From: a virus
Lineage: Duplodnaviria; Caudoviricetes
Virus record (IMG/VR): IMGVR_UViG_3300032167_000004
Coordinates: 128,001 to 192,000 of that record
Direction: 5' to 3' (one strand)
Length of the DNA stretch: 64,000 nt
Shown: positions 1 to 9,936 of the stretch, one piece after another
Position numbering within the stretch: the stretch's first letter is position 1
Layout: every line of letters starts with the position of its first letter
The notes under the pieces: generated by a model
Seen by the model: only the letters and a program-made list of their open reading frames with translations
What the model was told of the DNA's origin: nothing
Database searches by the model: none
Program-made: the position numbers and the translations under genes

Positions 1-2401
1 CACTTACATTAATTTTATTAGTAGTGATACCTTCGATTAAAGACTTATTATTTTTAATATAAGTAACAATTTCACTTAATTGATCAAGAGCCTCATCATC
101 ACTATCAACTAAAGCATCTAATCTTTTTGTTAAATTAGTGATTAAATTACGAATATCATTATGAGCATTTGTGTTAGTATTATGATCAGATACTATAGTA
201 TTTGCAGTACCCTTAGGATCTACACCAATATCAGATGCATCTAAGGTTATATTAGATTCTAAAGATTTATTATTGATAGTTCTAGTAGTAGGTACTTTTT
301 CATTTAAAGCTGAATTGATAACCTTATTCTGTACAGGGTTTTCACTTGTATCAGATAATAAGCTATCAACAATAGTCTTATTAGCACCTTCATCAATAGT
401 ATCCAGTTTAATCTTATCTTCAGATAACATTAAACCATCTGTAATATCCGATACTACAGTATAAGTAGTATTTTCAGTAGGAGGAGTATATCCTAATGCA
501 TCAGTAACATTATCCTTAGTAATTTCGGATCTAATGGTTTCTGATGACTTATTTTCAACATTACCTAATCCAATTTGAGATTTAGTAACTTGATGAGGAT
601 TTTCTAAATTTTCAACGTGTAATTTAAGATCATTTTTATTAGCAGAATAGTTATTAAGTGCATTTTGTATTTGAGTAGATACATTATCAGTACCAACTTT
701 TGATTTCAATTCGTTAAAATCTTCATTAAATACAAAATCAGATGCATGTTTACCATCTAATGTATCAGCATCACCTGTAATATCAGCAGGTAATTTAGCA
801 TTAGAATTTAATCTCAATAATTTATTAGCTTGAGGTAAATCTACAACTTCATCTATATAGACAAAATCATCAGCATGTTTACCATCTAATGTATCAGCAT
901 TACCACCATCTACAGGATTAGCTAATGATTTTGAAATATCATCTATTTTAGTATTAATATTATCTAATTCAGATTTAATAACTTTATTTTGTACAGGATT
1001 TTCACTAGTATCAGATAAACTACTATCTATAATAGTTTTAGTAGCACCTTCTTCAATAGTATCTAACTTAACCTTATCATCTTTAGATAATAATCCGTCT
1101 TTAGTAGAATCTGCTAAATCGTAAGTAGTATCTTTAGCACTAATTTCAATTTGACCAGATTCTCCTCCTAAGGTGATATTAGATCCTGCATTTATAGTTA
1201 AAGTGCTAGTAGGATCAGCTGCAGTAATTTTACGAGTATTATCTCCTATAACAGAAATAACAGAAAATGCATTTTGATTCTTATTAGCACCGTCTTCAAT
1301 AGTATCCAATTTAGCCTTATCATCTTTAGATAATAATCCGTCTTTAGTAGAATCTGCTAATTCGTAAGTAGTATCTTTAGCACTAATCGTGATATATTCA
1401 CTATCATCATTACTACTAAATGTTATATTATTACCAGATAATATATTTAAAGTATCAGTCTTTTCATTAGCTACAATATCAATAGTATTAAATTTGATTG
1501 TAGTGAATGCATTCTGATTAACTTCAGCACCTTCTTCAATATTATCTAATTTAATTTTATCCTCAGATAACATTAAACCATTTTTTGTATCGGATACTGT
1601 AGTATTAGGAATATTTATAGTCCTATTATTAACATTAGTTACATGACCGGTATTATCAGAAATAACCTGAGGTATTGTGAATGATTCACCAAAATTAGGA
1701 GATAAATCGTTTACAGGTCCACCACTATGTGTTACATATGATGGATGAGTATATTCACTATTAGGAGGAATAGCCCACTGACCATCAGCTCTTAAGAATT
1801 CATTACTATTTTCAGTTAATGATGGTACTAATCCATCTTTAGACTTAGTTACTACGTTATATGTAGTATCCTGAGTAGGAGGAGTATAACCTAATGCATC
1901 AGTAACATTTTCCTTAGTAATTTCAGATCTAATTGTTTCAGATGATTTATTTTCAACATTACTTAATCCTAATTGAGATTTAGTAACATTATGAGGATTC
2001 TCTAAATTTTCAACGTGTAGTTTAAGATCATCTTTATTGGCTTTATTACCAATTGCTTTGTTTAATAGTTCTATAACTTCTTTATTATCTTCAATCGCAG
2101 CATTTATTTCATACAAAGTATCTTTAGTTTCAGGCAAATCATTAAATAAAGTAGATATTTGATTATCTGTATAGCTTTTAGCATCATTTAATGCTTGGTT
2201 AGCAGAACCTAAAGGATCAGCTCCGATTTCTTCAGCTGTATGAGTATGATCTACACGTGATAATTCAAATTTAGAAGTAATTCCATTTTTAGTGATACTA
2301 ATAAAACCATCTGATGATACGGATACATTTTCAATATACTTACTTTTTAATAAATCAATTAAATAATTTAATTGTTCATCTTTTACCATCTTTTCAGTCA
2401 T
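1..2401 (-). CDS. Mosaic tail fibre/adhesin-like protein, partial (runs off window start; absent from ORF track)
   Basis: ATG at 2401 after RBS AGGTGGTGA; reads MTEKMVKDEQLNYLIDLLKSKYIENVSVS..., paralogous to the N-termini of 12960-14162 and 14305-15612; contains ENPHxVTKSQxGL, ADTLDGKHA and DKxKLDTIEEGA repeats. Confidence 0.75.
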   Translation of the reverse strand, partial: MTEKMVKDEQLNYLIDLLKSKYIENVSVSSDGFISITKNGITSKFELSRVDHTHTAEEIGADPLGSANQALNDAKSYTDNQISTLFNDLPETKDTLYEINAAIEDNKEVIELLNKAIGNKANKDDLKLHVENLENPHNVTKSQLGLSNVENKSSETIRSEITKENVTDALGYTPPTQDTTYNVVTKSKDGLVPSLTENSNEFLRADGQWAIPPNSEYTHPSYVTHSGGPVNDLSPNFGESFTIPQVISDNTGHVTNVNNRTINIPNTTVSDTKNGLMLSEDKIKLDNIEEGAEVNQNAFTTIKFNTIDIVANEKTDTLNILSGNNITFSSNDDSEYITISAKDTTYELADSTKDGLLSKDDKAKLDTIEDGANKNQNAFSVISVIGDNTRKITAADPTSTLTINAGSNITLGGESGQIEISAKDTTYDLADSTKDGLLSKDDKVKLDTIEEGATKTIIDSSLSDTSENPVQNKVIKSELDNINTKIDDISKSLANPVDGGNADTLDGKHADDFVYIDEVVDLPQANKLLRLNSNAKLPADITGDADTLDGKHASDFVFNEDFNELKSKVGTDNVSTQIQNALNNYSANKNDLKLHVENLENPHQVTKSQIGLGNVENKSSETIRSEITKDNVTDALGYTPPTENTTYTVVSDITDGLMLSEDKIKLDTIDEGANKTIVDSLLSDTSENPVQNKVINSALNEKVPTTRTINNKSLESNITLDASDIGVDPKGTANTIVSDHNTNTNAHNDIRNLITNLTKRLDALVDSDDEALDQLSEIVTYIKNNKSLIEGITTNKINVS

Positions 2402-2474
2402 AAAATAAAATCACCACCTATAATAATCTAATATATTATAGAACTGTTTAATTAATGAATTTTTGTAGTAAAAA

Positions 2475-2513
2475 ATATAGACATATAGGCTAATAATGCC
2501 TATATGTCTATAT
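2475..2513. terminator. Long hairpin, intrinsic terminator-like
   Basis: ATATAGACATATAGGC-7nt-GCCTATATGTCTATAT downstream of the 2614-3717 gene. Confidence 0.6.
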
Positions 2514-2613
2514 ATGATAGTTTTTGAATAAGATAAAGAATTTGAAATTTTATAAAAACTTTATTATTCTTCATTATTTTCATTATTATATTATGTGTAA
2601 TATATTATAATCA

Positions 2614-3717
2614 TCATATAGTAAATCTAACCCAAATATATACAATACCGGGCATTAATTTTCTGTATAAATCATCTCCTATATAAAAACAATTTGTATA
2701 CATGCTAAATACAGAACCATAACCCATGGCTCCTGTTGAACCGTATTGTATAACACTGTGTGATGCATTACCAATCGTTATAGAACTTGCAATATGAGCG
2801 GCTGTACTATTATCATGAAACCCTCCATTTCTTATATCTTCAAAAAGTAACATAATACTATCTGATGGATATTTGACATTATCGTGATAAATTTTTATGT
2901 CTGACGTTGCTGATTCTGCTAATGTAATCGAACCACTAAGTATTGAGTGTCCTTCAATATTACCACCACTTTCAATCGCCGTAATCAGTGCTGCCAGACC
3001 GTCCACTTTCGTTCCATCAGGAACTTCAACACCTTTTTCAGTAAGAGCAGCAATAGCAGCAGACACGGCACTATCAATAGAGTTATCCAATCCTACCGTA
3101 CCACCACTTGTATAACCAGCAGGAATACTGACAGATTTTGTATTGATACCATCCATTGTCTGAGACACACTACCATTATTAGGAATACCGCCGGATACAC
3201 CAAAAATACTTTTACCACTAAGGATATTTTCAGCCTTTAAATTTGCATCACCCTTAACGATAGTCGCTCCTGTGGTATAAACACCGGATGAAACGGCAGT
3301 TTTATCTGAAGTTCCGGGGGTAATGGTTTGCGCCGCCTGAGTTGTTAACTGTTTTGTCCCACTTTTAGTGCCAGCAGAAACATATCCTTCTGTCTGAGTA
3401 GACGTAGCAGTAATTTTACCTGCACTGTCAATGCTTATACTAGGAGTCGCCTGAGTAACTACACCAACACTTTTCAACACATCATTTTCATAATTACCGG
3501 CAGGAATATTAACAGTATTTCCATTAACAGATACATCATTACCTGTCTTATTAGGAATATTACCAGCTATCATTTTGTCATCAACATAAGCTGTATAACC
3601 ACTTAAAATTTTAGATGAAGTTGCTGTTGCATCAGATGTATCAATTGGTTTCGGCAAATTAGATGCAGCATTCAGAATATCTTGAAGTGCTGTTGTATTT
3701 GTTTTTATCTGACTCAC
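2614..3717 (-). CDS. Tail fibre/receptor-binding-like protein (paralog family with ALxEKGVEVPDG motif)
   Basis: DATATSSKILSGYTAY, TITPGTSD and NLKAENILSGKSIFGV tail repeats; shared motif ALTEKGVEVPDGTKVDGLA followed by a unique C-terminus. Confidence 0.65.
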   Translation of the reverse strand: MSQIKTNTTALQDILNAASNLPKPIDTSDATATSSKILSGYTAYVDDKMIAGNIPNKTGNDVSVNGNTVNIPAGNYENDVLKSVGVVTQATPSISIDSAGKITATSTQTEGYVSAGTKSGTKQLTTQAAQTITPGTSDKTAVSSGVYTTGATIVKGDANLKAENILSGKSIFGVSGGIPNNGSVSQTMDGINTKSVSIPAGYTSGGTVGLDNSIDSAVSAAIAALTEKGVEVPDGTKVDGLAALITAIESGGNIEGHSILSGSITLAESATSDIKIYHDNVKYPSDSIMLLFEDIRNGGFHDNSTAAHIASSITIGNASHSVIQYGSTGAMGYGSVFSMYTNCFYIGDDLYRKLMPGIVYIWVRFTI

Positions 3718-3721
3718 ATTA

Positions 3722-4117
3722 TCACTCCTTCTTTTGTATTAGATTTAATATATATTCTAAATCATTAATATCAGCATTATAAAATTCATGATTCCAGAGC
3801 CAATGATCTTGGTGCTCTGGTCTTTTATATTTTTGACATAAAGAATCTTCCCAAATACGATCCCAACGATCTTGATAATTAGAATCTTTACGTCTTAAAA
3901 TAGTATTAATTTTATTTGTTAATTCACCACGACGAATACCATTATTATCTTCATTAATAGAAAAATGAAGATGGGCATTTTCTGATGTTATTAAACATAA
4001 AGGTTTATTATTATGATAAATTATACCATTATGTTCTTCACATATAGTAAGAGCGGGGATATTTACATCCCCGCAAATTGCTTTATCTTTAAATCTTTTA
4101 TGAGTTATATATTGCAT
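3722..4117 (-). CDS. Hypothetical phage protein of a type I associate with Firmicutes prophage DGR/tail loci
   Basis: 131-aa ORF MQYITHKRFKDKAICGDVNIPAL...RWDRIWEDSLCQKY...HWLWNHEFYNA; family association is from memory. Confidence 0.55.
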   Translation of the reverse strand: MQYITHKRFKDKAICGDVNIPALTICEEHNGIIYHNNKPLCLITSENAHLHFSINEDNNGIRRGELTNKINTILRRKDSNYQDRWDRIWEDSLCQKYKRPEHQDHWLWNHEFYNADINDLEYILNLIQKKE

Positions 4118-4181
4118 TTTAGTATTTACACCCTTTTAGTTCTTTTTATATACATAAAATAATATGTTTATTTTATATGTT

Positions 4182-4216
4182 CAGAAACCCGCCAACTTTC
4201 GTTGGCTTGATTTCTG
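4182..4216 (-). other. GC-rich hairpin about 20 nt downstream of a DUF6273-type gene (DGR-like target hairpin)
   Basis: GCCAAC-GAAA-GTTGGC stem-loop nested within CAGAAA/TTTCTG. Confidence 0.5.
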
Positions 4217-4226
4217 TGATTTTGGA

Positions 4227-5666
4227 TTAGACCATGAAAGCTGGGGCGACGCCATAAGAATAGTAAGTAGCAATAACAGTAGGGCCATTATGGTCAGCAT
4301 AACAGAAATAATTTGTGCTATTATATTGAACAGATCGCTCCCACCAACACGCAGTCGAACCAGTTGCGGAATGTCTGTACTTCACTTTGCTGTTACCAGC
4401 GGAGAAATATTCGTACTGCATCTGATAATTCTGCTCAAAACTGTTTGCAAATTTACGAGTACCAAAAATTTCAAATTCTGCAAGCAAAGGTAGGTAATCA
4501 ATCGTGACAGTAACTGCTTCTTCTGTATTATCTTTATTACCAACATTGTTTGTCCATTTCGTGATTGGCTTCATAACAGCTCTCAAATCAGTAGGAAAAC
4601 AAGACATCAGAGTATTAGCAACAGGATTTGTTGCACAGGTTGGTGTAGCATCATAGCCAACATCCCCAGATGCTGGGCTCTTGCCATAATTTTTAGGAGC
4701 AACGTCTGTGCTACCGAGTATATCATATCGCATGTCACTTCTTGCCCAACCACCATGGTTTGGAAACCCCCAGTGGTTCATGTTAAAATACTTAGTACCA
4801 TCGGTTGCTGAGCTGCTATATTTACTATCAATTAAACAAACATCAATTCCGCTAGAACCAGAGTCGGTCTTAAAACCGCCGAACTGAATGCCGGAACCTT
4901 CCTTATCCTTGTTGTGGTCAAAGCCGAGGATGTACACCCACAGGGTAGTATCCAATGCCAATGTTCCCATAGTGCCGGACAGAGGGACAGCCTTGCAATC
5001 ACCTACAGACCAGTAATTTCTACCAGTACCTGCATCAGAGATTTCACGAATCTTTGCCCAAGATACAGCATTTAATGTAAGTAAATCAGTAGATAATTCT
5101 AATGAATAATTAGTTTCTTCAGTGATAGACACGGTTTCAGACAGAGATTTACCATCCTTTGTAACAGTAAACACCCAATCGCCAGCATCTCTGATGGTAA
5201 AGTTCACAATACCACTAGAACCAGCAGTTTGACTATAACTTGAACTACCCTTAACAGCAGTAACAACAGTACCTTCTGATGTACTTACAGTAACTTTTGC
5301 AGCAAAAAAATCTAATTCAGTAAAAAAGTTATTACTAACATTTACAGTCTTAGAATTAGAATCTACACCATCAATTTTTGCAGAAACAGTCCAATCACCA
5401 GTTGAATCTACTTCCAACACACATGAACTATCAGATGAAACACCTGTCACAGATTTTTCACCATTCGTTGCAGTAACAGTTGCACCACTATCTACAGTAA
5501 CACCAATATTATATTTTGAAATAGTTTTTACAGATGTTTTATCTACTAATGCAGTAGTAATCTGTTCAATTAAATTAGTTTGAGCATTTACTTCAGTATT
5601 AATAATATTTGCAGTCTCTAAAAGAGATTGTAATTCAGTTGTATTTTGTTTTAAAGGTGAACTCAT
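4227..5666 (-). CDS. Tail/adhesin protein with Ig-like repeats and a C-terminal DUF6273/C-type-lectin-like domain (DGR-target type)
   Basis: C-terminus WWERSVQYNSTNYFCYADHNG...SYGVAPAF matches the WWxRS..F..G..GVxPAF signature; SWAKIREISDAG..WSVGD..ILGFDH motif. Confidence 0.7.
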   Translation of the reverse strand: MSSPLKQNTTELQSLLETANIINTEVNAQTNLIEQITTALVDKTSVKTISKYNIGVTVDSGATVTATNGEKSVTGVSSDSSCVLEVDSTGDWTVSAKIDGVDSNSKTVNVSNNFFTELDFFAAKVTVSTSEGTVVTAVKGSSSYSQTAGSSGIVNFTIRDAGDWVFTVTKDGKSLSETVSITEETNYSLELSTDLLTLNAVSWAKIREISDAGTGRNYWSVGDCKAVPLSGTMGTLALDTTLWVYILGFDHNKDKEGSGIQFGGFKTDSGSSGIDVCLIDSKYSSSATDGTKYFNMNHWGFPNHGGWARSDMRYDILGSTDVAPKNYGKSPASGDVGYDATPTCATNPVANTLMSCFPTDLRAVMKPITKWTNNVGNKDNTEEAVTVTIDYLPLLAEFEIFGTRKFANSFEQNYQMQYEYFSAGNSKVKYRHSATGSTACWWERSVQYNSTNYFCYADHNGPTVIATYYSYGVAPAFMV

Positions 5667-5690
5667 TTCATATCATTCCTCCTTTAATAG

Positions 5691-5984
5691 TTAAAGTATT
5701 TGTTCGACCATATTATAAAATTCGTCAGAAGAAATTGGTTGTTCAGAAATTTCACCTTCTAAGGAAATTCTTTCATCCACTCTTCTTTGGATTTCTTCCT
5801 GCCATTCGGTGGGGACTTCGGAAATTGTGACTTCGCCGTTGTAAATGGAATCTACCAGGGCAGCTTTCTGACGGATTTCGGTCAGGAGTCGGTTATATTC
5901 GGATTCGGTGATTTCTACACCGCCAGGGCCTGTGCCGATGGCGATAAGTTTACCGGATTCGTTGTATTGTGCGTAGTATCTCAT
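5691..5984 (-). CDS. Small tail-associated protein, paralog of 9937-10230
   Basis: MRYYAQYNESGKLIAIGTGPGG...EWQEEIQRRVDERISLEGE; probable start is the internal ATG after RBS AGGAGG. Confidence 0.7.
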   Translation of the reverse strand: MRYYAQYNESGKLIAIGTGPGGVEITESEYNRLLTEIRQKAALVDSIYNGEVTISEVPTEWQEEIQRRVDERISLEGEISEQPISSDEFYNMVEQIL

Positions 5985-6634
5985 ACCAGACCTCCTATGA
6001 ACCATCTAAATGTTATGCCACCGTCAAAATATTCTGCATCGCTACTTATCGCACTATCGTAAGAAATAGTATTTGTATTTCGATCAACGGTCACCTTAAA
6101 AACGCTACCATTGGGAATATTGGTTACATAATTAGATCCTCCTCCGCTAACACCACTAAGCACACCATTAACCTCAATTAAATACGTATACCTGATATAT
6201 ACTTTGCTATTTGTCTTCAATGCAGATTCAGCAAGAATTACAAAAACAAAGTCACCCTCTGGTATAGCTGCGCCAATTGTAATTGACTGTGTATAATTGC
6301 TAGGTGTAATAGTTCCAGTCGAAACTCCTCCACCACCGGCTTCAATCGCAGCAATCAGTGCCGCCAGACCATCCACATTCATTCCACTAGGAACCTCAAT
6401 ACCTTTATCGGTCAAAGCATCTACAATCGGAGCTAAATAACTACCAGCCGCATCACCTTCAAGAGCGGTAGTTACCTGTGCCAATAAATCAGTCTGTATA
6501 TTCACTTCATTATTAGCATCATCAACATGAGTTTTCATAGTATCTAAACTCATAGTTCCTGTAGTACCAGATAAAACTCTGATTTTGTCGGCAATGGAAG
6601 TTAAACTTGCATCTTTAATTAAATATTCAGCCAT
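5981..6634 (-). CDS. Tail fibre/receptor-binding-like protein (ALxEKGVEVPDG family)
   Basis: YLIKDASLTSIADKIR N-terminus; ALTDKGIEVPSGMNVDGLAALIAAIE motif; variable C-terminus. Confidence 0.6.
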   Translation of the reverse strand: MAEYLIKDASLTSIADKIRVLSGTTGTMSLDTMKTHVDDANNEVNIQTDLLAQVTTALEGDAAGSYLAPIVDALTDKGIEVPSGMNVDGLAALIAAIEAGGGGVSTGTITPSNYTQSITIGAAIPEGDFVFVILAESALKTNSKVYIRYTYLIEVNGVLSGVSGGGSNYVTNIPNGSVFKVTVDRNTNTISYDSAISSDAEYFDGGITFRWFIGGLV

Positions 6635-7395
6635 TAGAAGCTCGCCTCCTCTGCATTAGGAACAGTAGACCAGGAAGCTTTACCACCTACAACTCTTAAA
6701 AACTGACCATTATTAGTTGTTGAACAAGAGGGAATATGAATATTTTCATTATTAGTATGAGTAGTTAAATCACTACTCAGTGCTTTCTTACCAACTTCAG
6801 TTTCTAATAATGTAATTAATCTCTTTAATTCAACACCTTGTGCTGCACTTAAAGGTTTATTAGTAACATTGGTTGTTAAATTATTAATAATATCACTTAC
6901 ATTAACCTTATTAGTAGTAATACCTTCAATTAATGATTTATTACTCTTAATATAAGCGACAACTTCACTCATCTGATCTAATGTAGTGTCATCACTATCA
7001 GCTAATGTATTTAATCTAGTTGTTAAATTAGTGATTAAAGTTCTAATATCACTATGAGCAGATGTATTTATATTATGATTAGATACAGCAGTATTTGCAG
7101 TACCAGAAGCATCTGCACCTACTTCAGAAGCTGTATATTTAGGTTTCGTAGAAGCCTTTGCCCAAGCAGGAACAGTAGGATCTGTTTCTGCCTGTAATGC
7201 ACTATTTGCTTTATTAATAGAAGCTTGTAAATCAGTATCTAAATCATTTTTAGATACTCTATTTTTTGTTGATAATTCACCAAGATTATTTATAGCTTCA
7301 CCTACATGTGAAACAATATGATTCCAAAATCTTTGTAAACCATTTTTATCTAAAGATTCCATATAATTTATATTCCTCCTTTTAAAAAGGTTCAT
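6634..7395 (-). CDS. Tail fibre-like coiled-coil protein, paralog of 11404-12189
   Basis: ETDPTVPAWAK, YTASEVGA, DTTLDQMSEVVAYIK and DIINNLTT..PLSAAQG repeats typical of phage fibres. Confidence 0.65.
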   Translation of the reverse strand: MNLFKRRNINYMESLDKNGLQRFWNHIVSHVGEAINNLGELSTKNRVSKNDLDTDLQASINKANSALQAETDPTVPAWAKASTKPKYTASEVGADASGTANTAVSNHNINTSAHSDIRTLITNLTTRLNTLADSDDTTLDQMSEVVAYIKSNKSLIEGITTNKVNVSDIINNLTTNVTNKPLSAAQGVELKRLITLLETEVGKKALSSDLTTHTNNENIHIPSCSTTNNGQFLRVVGGKASWSTVPNAEEASF

Positions 7396-7506
7396 GTATA
7401 ATTAAAAAGTTACAGGAACTTTAAATAATAAAATTGATAATAAAGATATAAAAATAAGAATAGCTTTTTTCATAATAAAACCATCCTTTATAAATTTTAT
7501 TATCTT

Positions 7507-7899
7507 TTATTTTTCAACAGGATTCTCTTCAAAAATTTTTCTCATAGTCTTTAATGCAAGATCAATACAGTCATCAATCCATTTTATAATATCTGCTTGA
7601 TTACTAACTTTAGATAAAATAGGATACATAGTGAATACATTATCAATAACTTGTGCACGTTTGATTTCACCAGATTGTACCCATTCACGATAATCACATT
7701 CAGCTTCAGTTACTAAACGAAGCATGATAACTTTAATCTGAGATTTTGCGATTTCAACCTGTTCTTCTTTAGATTTTTTAGAAATATTTTTAATATTATC
7801 ATAGATAATAAATGCTACTGTAATAATAGCACTAATCATAGTCCAATTTTCATCAAGAAAATTAAGAAAATTATCAATACCGTTTATACCAATATTCAT
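7507..7899 (-). CDS. Putative holin (LL-H-like)
   Basis: Single N-terminal TM helix (WTMISAIITVAFII) followed by LVTEAE...GEIKRAQV..WIDDCI pattern. Confidence 0.55.
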   Translation of the reverse strand: MNIGINGIDNFLNFLDENWTMISAIITVAFIIYDNIKNISKKSKEEQVEIAKSQIKVIMLRLVTEAECDYREWVQSGEIKRAQVIDNVFTMYPILSKVSNQADIIKWIDDCIDLALKTMRKIFEENPVEK

Positions 7900-7914
7900 A
7901 ATAATTATCTCCCT

Positions 7915-8319
7915 TTATAATACAGGTTCATCAGTTACTGGAGTATCATATACTTGGTTATTTAATGATGCCATAGCTGTCTCATAAGTAATACCACCAA
8001 CTGTATTTTGTTTAGTAGACTTAACAAAATAACCTATAACGATAGTAGATAATGAGACTATTACACCAACCATTGCATATAAAGCATTTGTATCACCAGT
8101 TCTCACAATCATCCACTGACAGAAAAATAAAATTTCTACACAGAGAAGAGCAGCGACAATTAATACTATCTTACTAGTAGAAGGTAATACAAATTTAGGC
8201 CAATGCTTCATACGTTCTTCACGTAATCTCTTCTTATATTCAATGGTTTTATTTCTTTTTTGAATTTTTGCCATTTTTACATCAAATTGCTTTGAAGTCA
8301 TATAAATCATAATAATCAC
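7915..8319 (-). CDS. Two-TM membrane protein (holin/lysis accessory)
   Basis: Two hydrophobic segments and a KSTKQNTVGGITYE tail; adjacent to the holin-like gene. Confidence 0.5.
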   Translation of the reverse strand: MIIMIYMTSKQFDVKMAKIQKRNKTIEYKKRLREERMKHWPKFVLPSTSKIVLIVAALLCVEILFFCQWMIVRTGDTNALYAMVGVIVSLSTIVIGYFVKSTKQNTVGGITYETAMASLNNQVYDTPVTDEPVL

Positions 8320-9137
8320 CCTTGAATATTAAATGTATTACAAACTTTATTAATGAATTTAGCAAAGAATTTTCCAGTATTAGATTTAAAAGGTTTCTTT
8401 ATATGGACAGCATCTTCAATGATATTATCCATAACAGCCCAACATTCTTCCATACCCATTTCATAAGGAAGGATGAATTTACCATTAATACCCCATTCTT
8501 CACCCCAAGAGTTCTGGATTTTCCAACCACGTTCATCCCATCCATAGATGAACATGCAGTGACCACCGGCATAACCTATATAATTAGTATTAAGGATACC
8601 GTCACCGTCAACTTCCATATCTTCATACCACATCATTGCCATTAATAAAGGAATACCTTTACTTAAAGCTAATTTAGCAGCACTAATTGTATTAACACGG
8701 CAATAACTACTTATACGATTAGGATAACCTACTTCATATAAATTTTCTGCTTGTTTTTCATATAATTTAATAGCTTTAGGAGTTTCTTCATTATAAGGGA
8801 AATATTCATGAGGAACATCACCAAATTTTACAACAATATCTAATGCATCACGCATAACCATACCAGGTTCTTTATGTTCTGAATTAGAACGGTTACCATA
8901 AATATAACCTACACTCATTTCTGCAGGATCATTACGCTGAATATTATTATAGTATTCAATAATACTAGATAAAGAATGTGCTACACATGAACCAGTATCC
9001 ATTTGATTTTTAATTCTAACAGTTTCTAATTCAAATTCTTTAGGAAAATCTTGTACAGATGTAGTACAGACCATTTTATAATCTCTAACATCTACTTTAG
9101 AAAAGATAGCACCACATGGACCACGCATATATTTCAC
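8316..9137 (-). CDS. Papain-like cysteine peptidase (family C1)
   Basis: NQxxTGSCVAH (catalytic Cys), GGHCMFIYGW (His), QNSWGEEWG (Asn). Confidence 0.9.
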   Translation of the reverse strand: MKYMRGPCGAIFSKVDVRDYKMVCTTSVQDFPKEFELETVRIKNQMDTGSCVAHSLSSIIEYYNNIQRNDPAEMSVGYIYGNRSNSEHKEPGMVMRDALDIVVKFGDVPHEYFPYNEETPKAIKLYEKQAENLYEVGYPNRISSYCRVNTISAAKLALSKGIPLLMAMMWYEDMEVDGDGILNTNYIGYAGGHCMFIYGWDERGWKIQNSWGEEWGINGKFILPYEMGMEECWAVMDNIIEDAVHIKKPFKSNTGKFFAKFINKVCNTFNIQG

Positions 9138-9165
9138 CTCATTCTATAATAATTGGTTTATATAA

Positions 9166-9195
9166 ATAACCCTGGTTATATATAACCAGGGTTAT
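9166..9195. terminator. Perfect 30-bp palindrome, terminator-like
   Basis: ATAACCCTGGTTATATATAACCAGGGTTAT between genes. Confidence 0.55.
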
Positions 9196-9204
9196 ATTTT
9201 TTAA

Positions 9205-9606
9205 TTATTCGACAATCTCCCAGTTAAGAGCATACTGATCGGGATTATAAACATTAGCCGGTACTTTAGAACGATATAATACATCCTTCCACCAACCACA
9301 TTCACCCTGAGCGAATGCTAAACCAACAGTAATAGTTTCAGGAATAATACGATAACCATCTTTATAATTAAGATTTTCCCATAAAGTAGGAGCGTTATCA
9401 GGATTATTCTCAGTTCTATCCCATAAGTCTACTGCTGCACGCTTTAATACACCATTCCAATTGATACGAGTACCAGCAGGAACTAAAGAACCGTTATTCT
9501 TTAAAGTAGGATATAAATTAGCTGCCTTACTAGCCTGTGCGTCAGTTGCTTCATTTCTAAATTTTACAAATGCTTCAATAAAAGCCTGTGCTTCATTTCT
9601 AGTCAT
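9205..9606 (-). CDS. Phage tail-associated protein with carbohydrate-binding-module-like Trp motifs
   Basis: AANLYPTLK..GTRINWNG..DLWD..NNPDNAPTLWE..GWWKDVLYRS..YNPDQYALNW. Confidence 0.55.
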   Translation of the reverse strand: MTRNEAQAFIEAFVKFRNEATDAQASKAANLYPTLKNNGSLVPAGTRINWNGVLKRAAVDLWDRTENNPDNAPTLWENLNYKDGYRIIPETITVGLAFAQGECGWWKDVLYRSKVPANVYNPDQYALNWEIVE

Positions 9607-9607
9607 A

Positions 9608-9925
9608 TTATAAGACCTCCTGTAACATATTAATCAATTCTTCAGATTGTTTTGCATTAAAATAATCCATAGCGATTTTTGCAGGTTCAATTGTACAGAT
9701 TTCTTCAGTACCATGTAAACCACCTTCTTTAATTGCAAAGACAGTATCTTCACAAGTATTGAAGGTATTATTATTTTCATCAGTCATTTCCTTAGGTACT
9801 TTTACACAAATACCTTCGGCATGTGCTTCATCAGTGATAACATAACATCCATTATTAGGATTTAATTTAATATAAGTAATATTATCTACATAATGAGTTT
9901 TACCATTTGAAGTAATTGAATACAT
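9608..9925 (-). CDS. Hypothetical tail-module protein
   Basis: 105-aa ORF with RBS; YIKLNPNNGCYV..AEGI motif. Confidence 0.6.
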   Translation of the reverse strand: MYSITSNGKTHYVDNITYIKLNPNNGCYVITDEAHAEGICVKVPKEMTDENNNTFNTCEDTVFAIKEGGLHGTEEICTIEPAKIAMDYFNAKQSEELINMLQEVL

Positions 9926-9936
9926 AAACTCACCTC

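Noticed and set aside
4118-4380. Complete active DGR
   Set aside because: No RT, avd or template repeat in the window; kept only as an orphan target hypothesis
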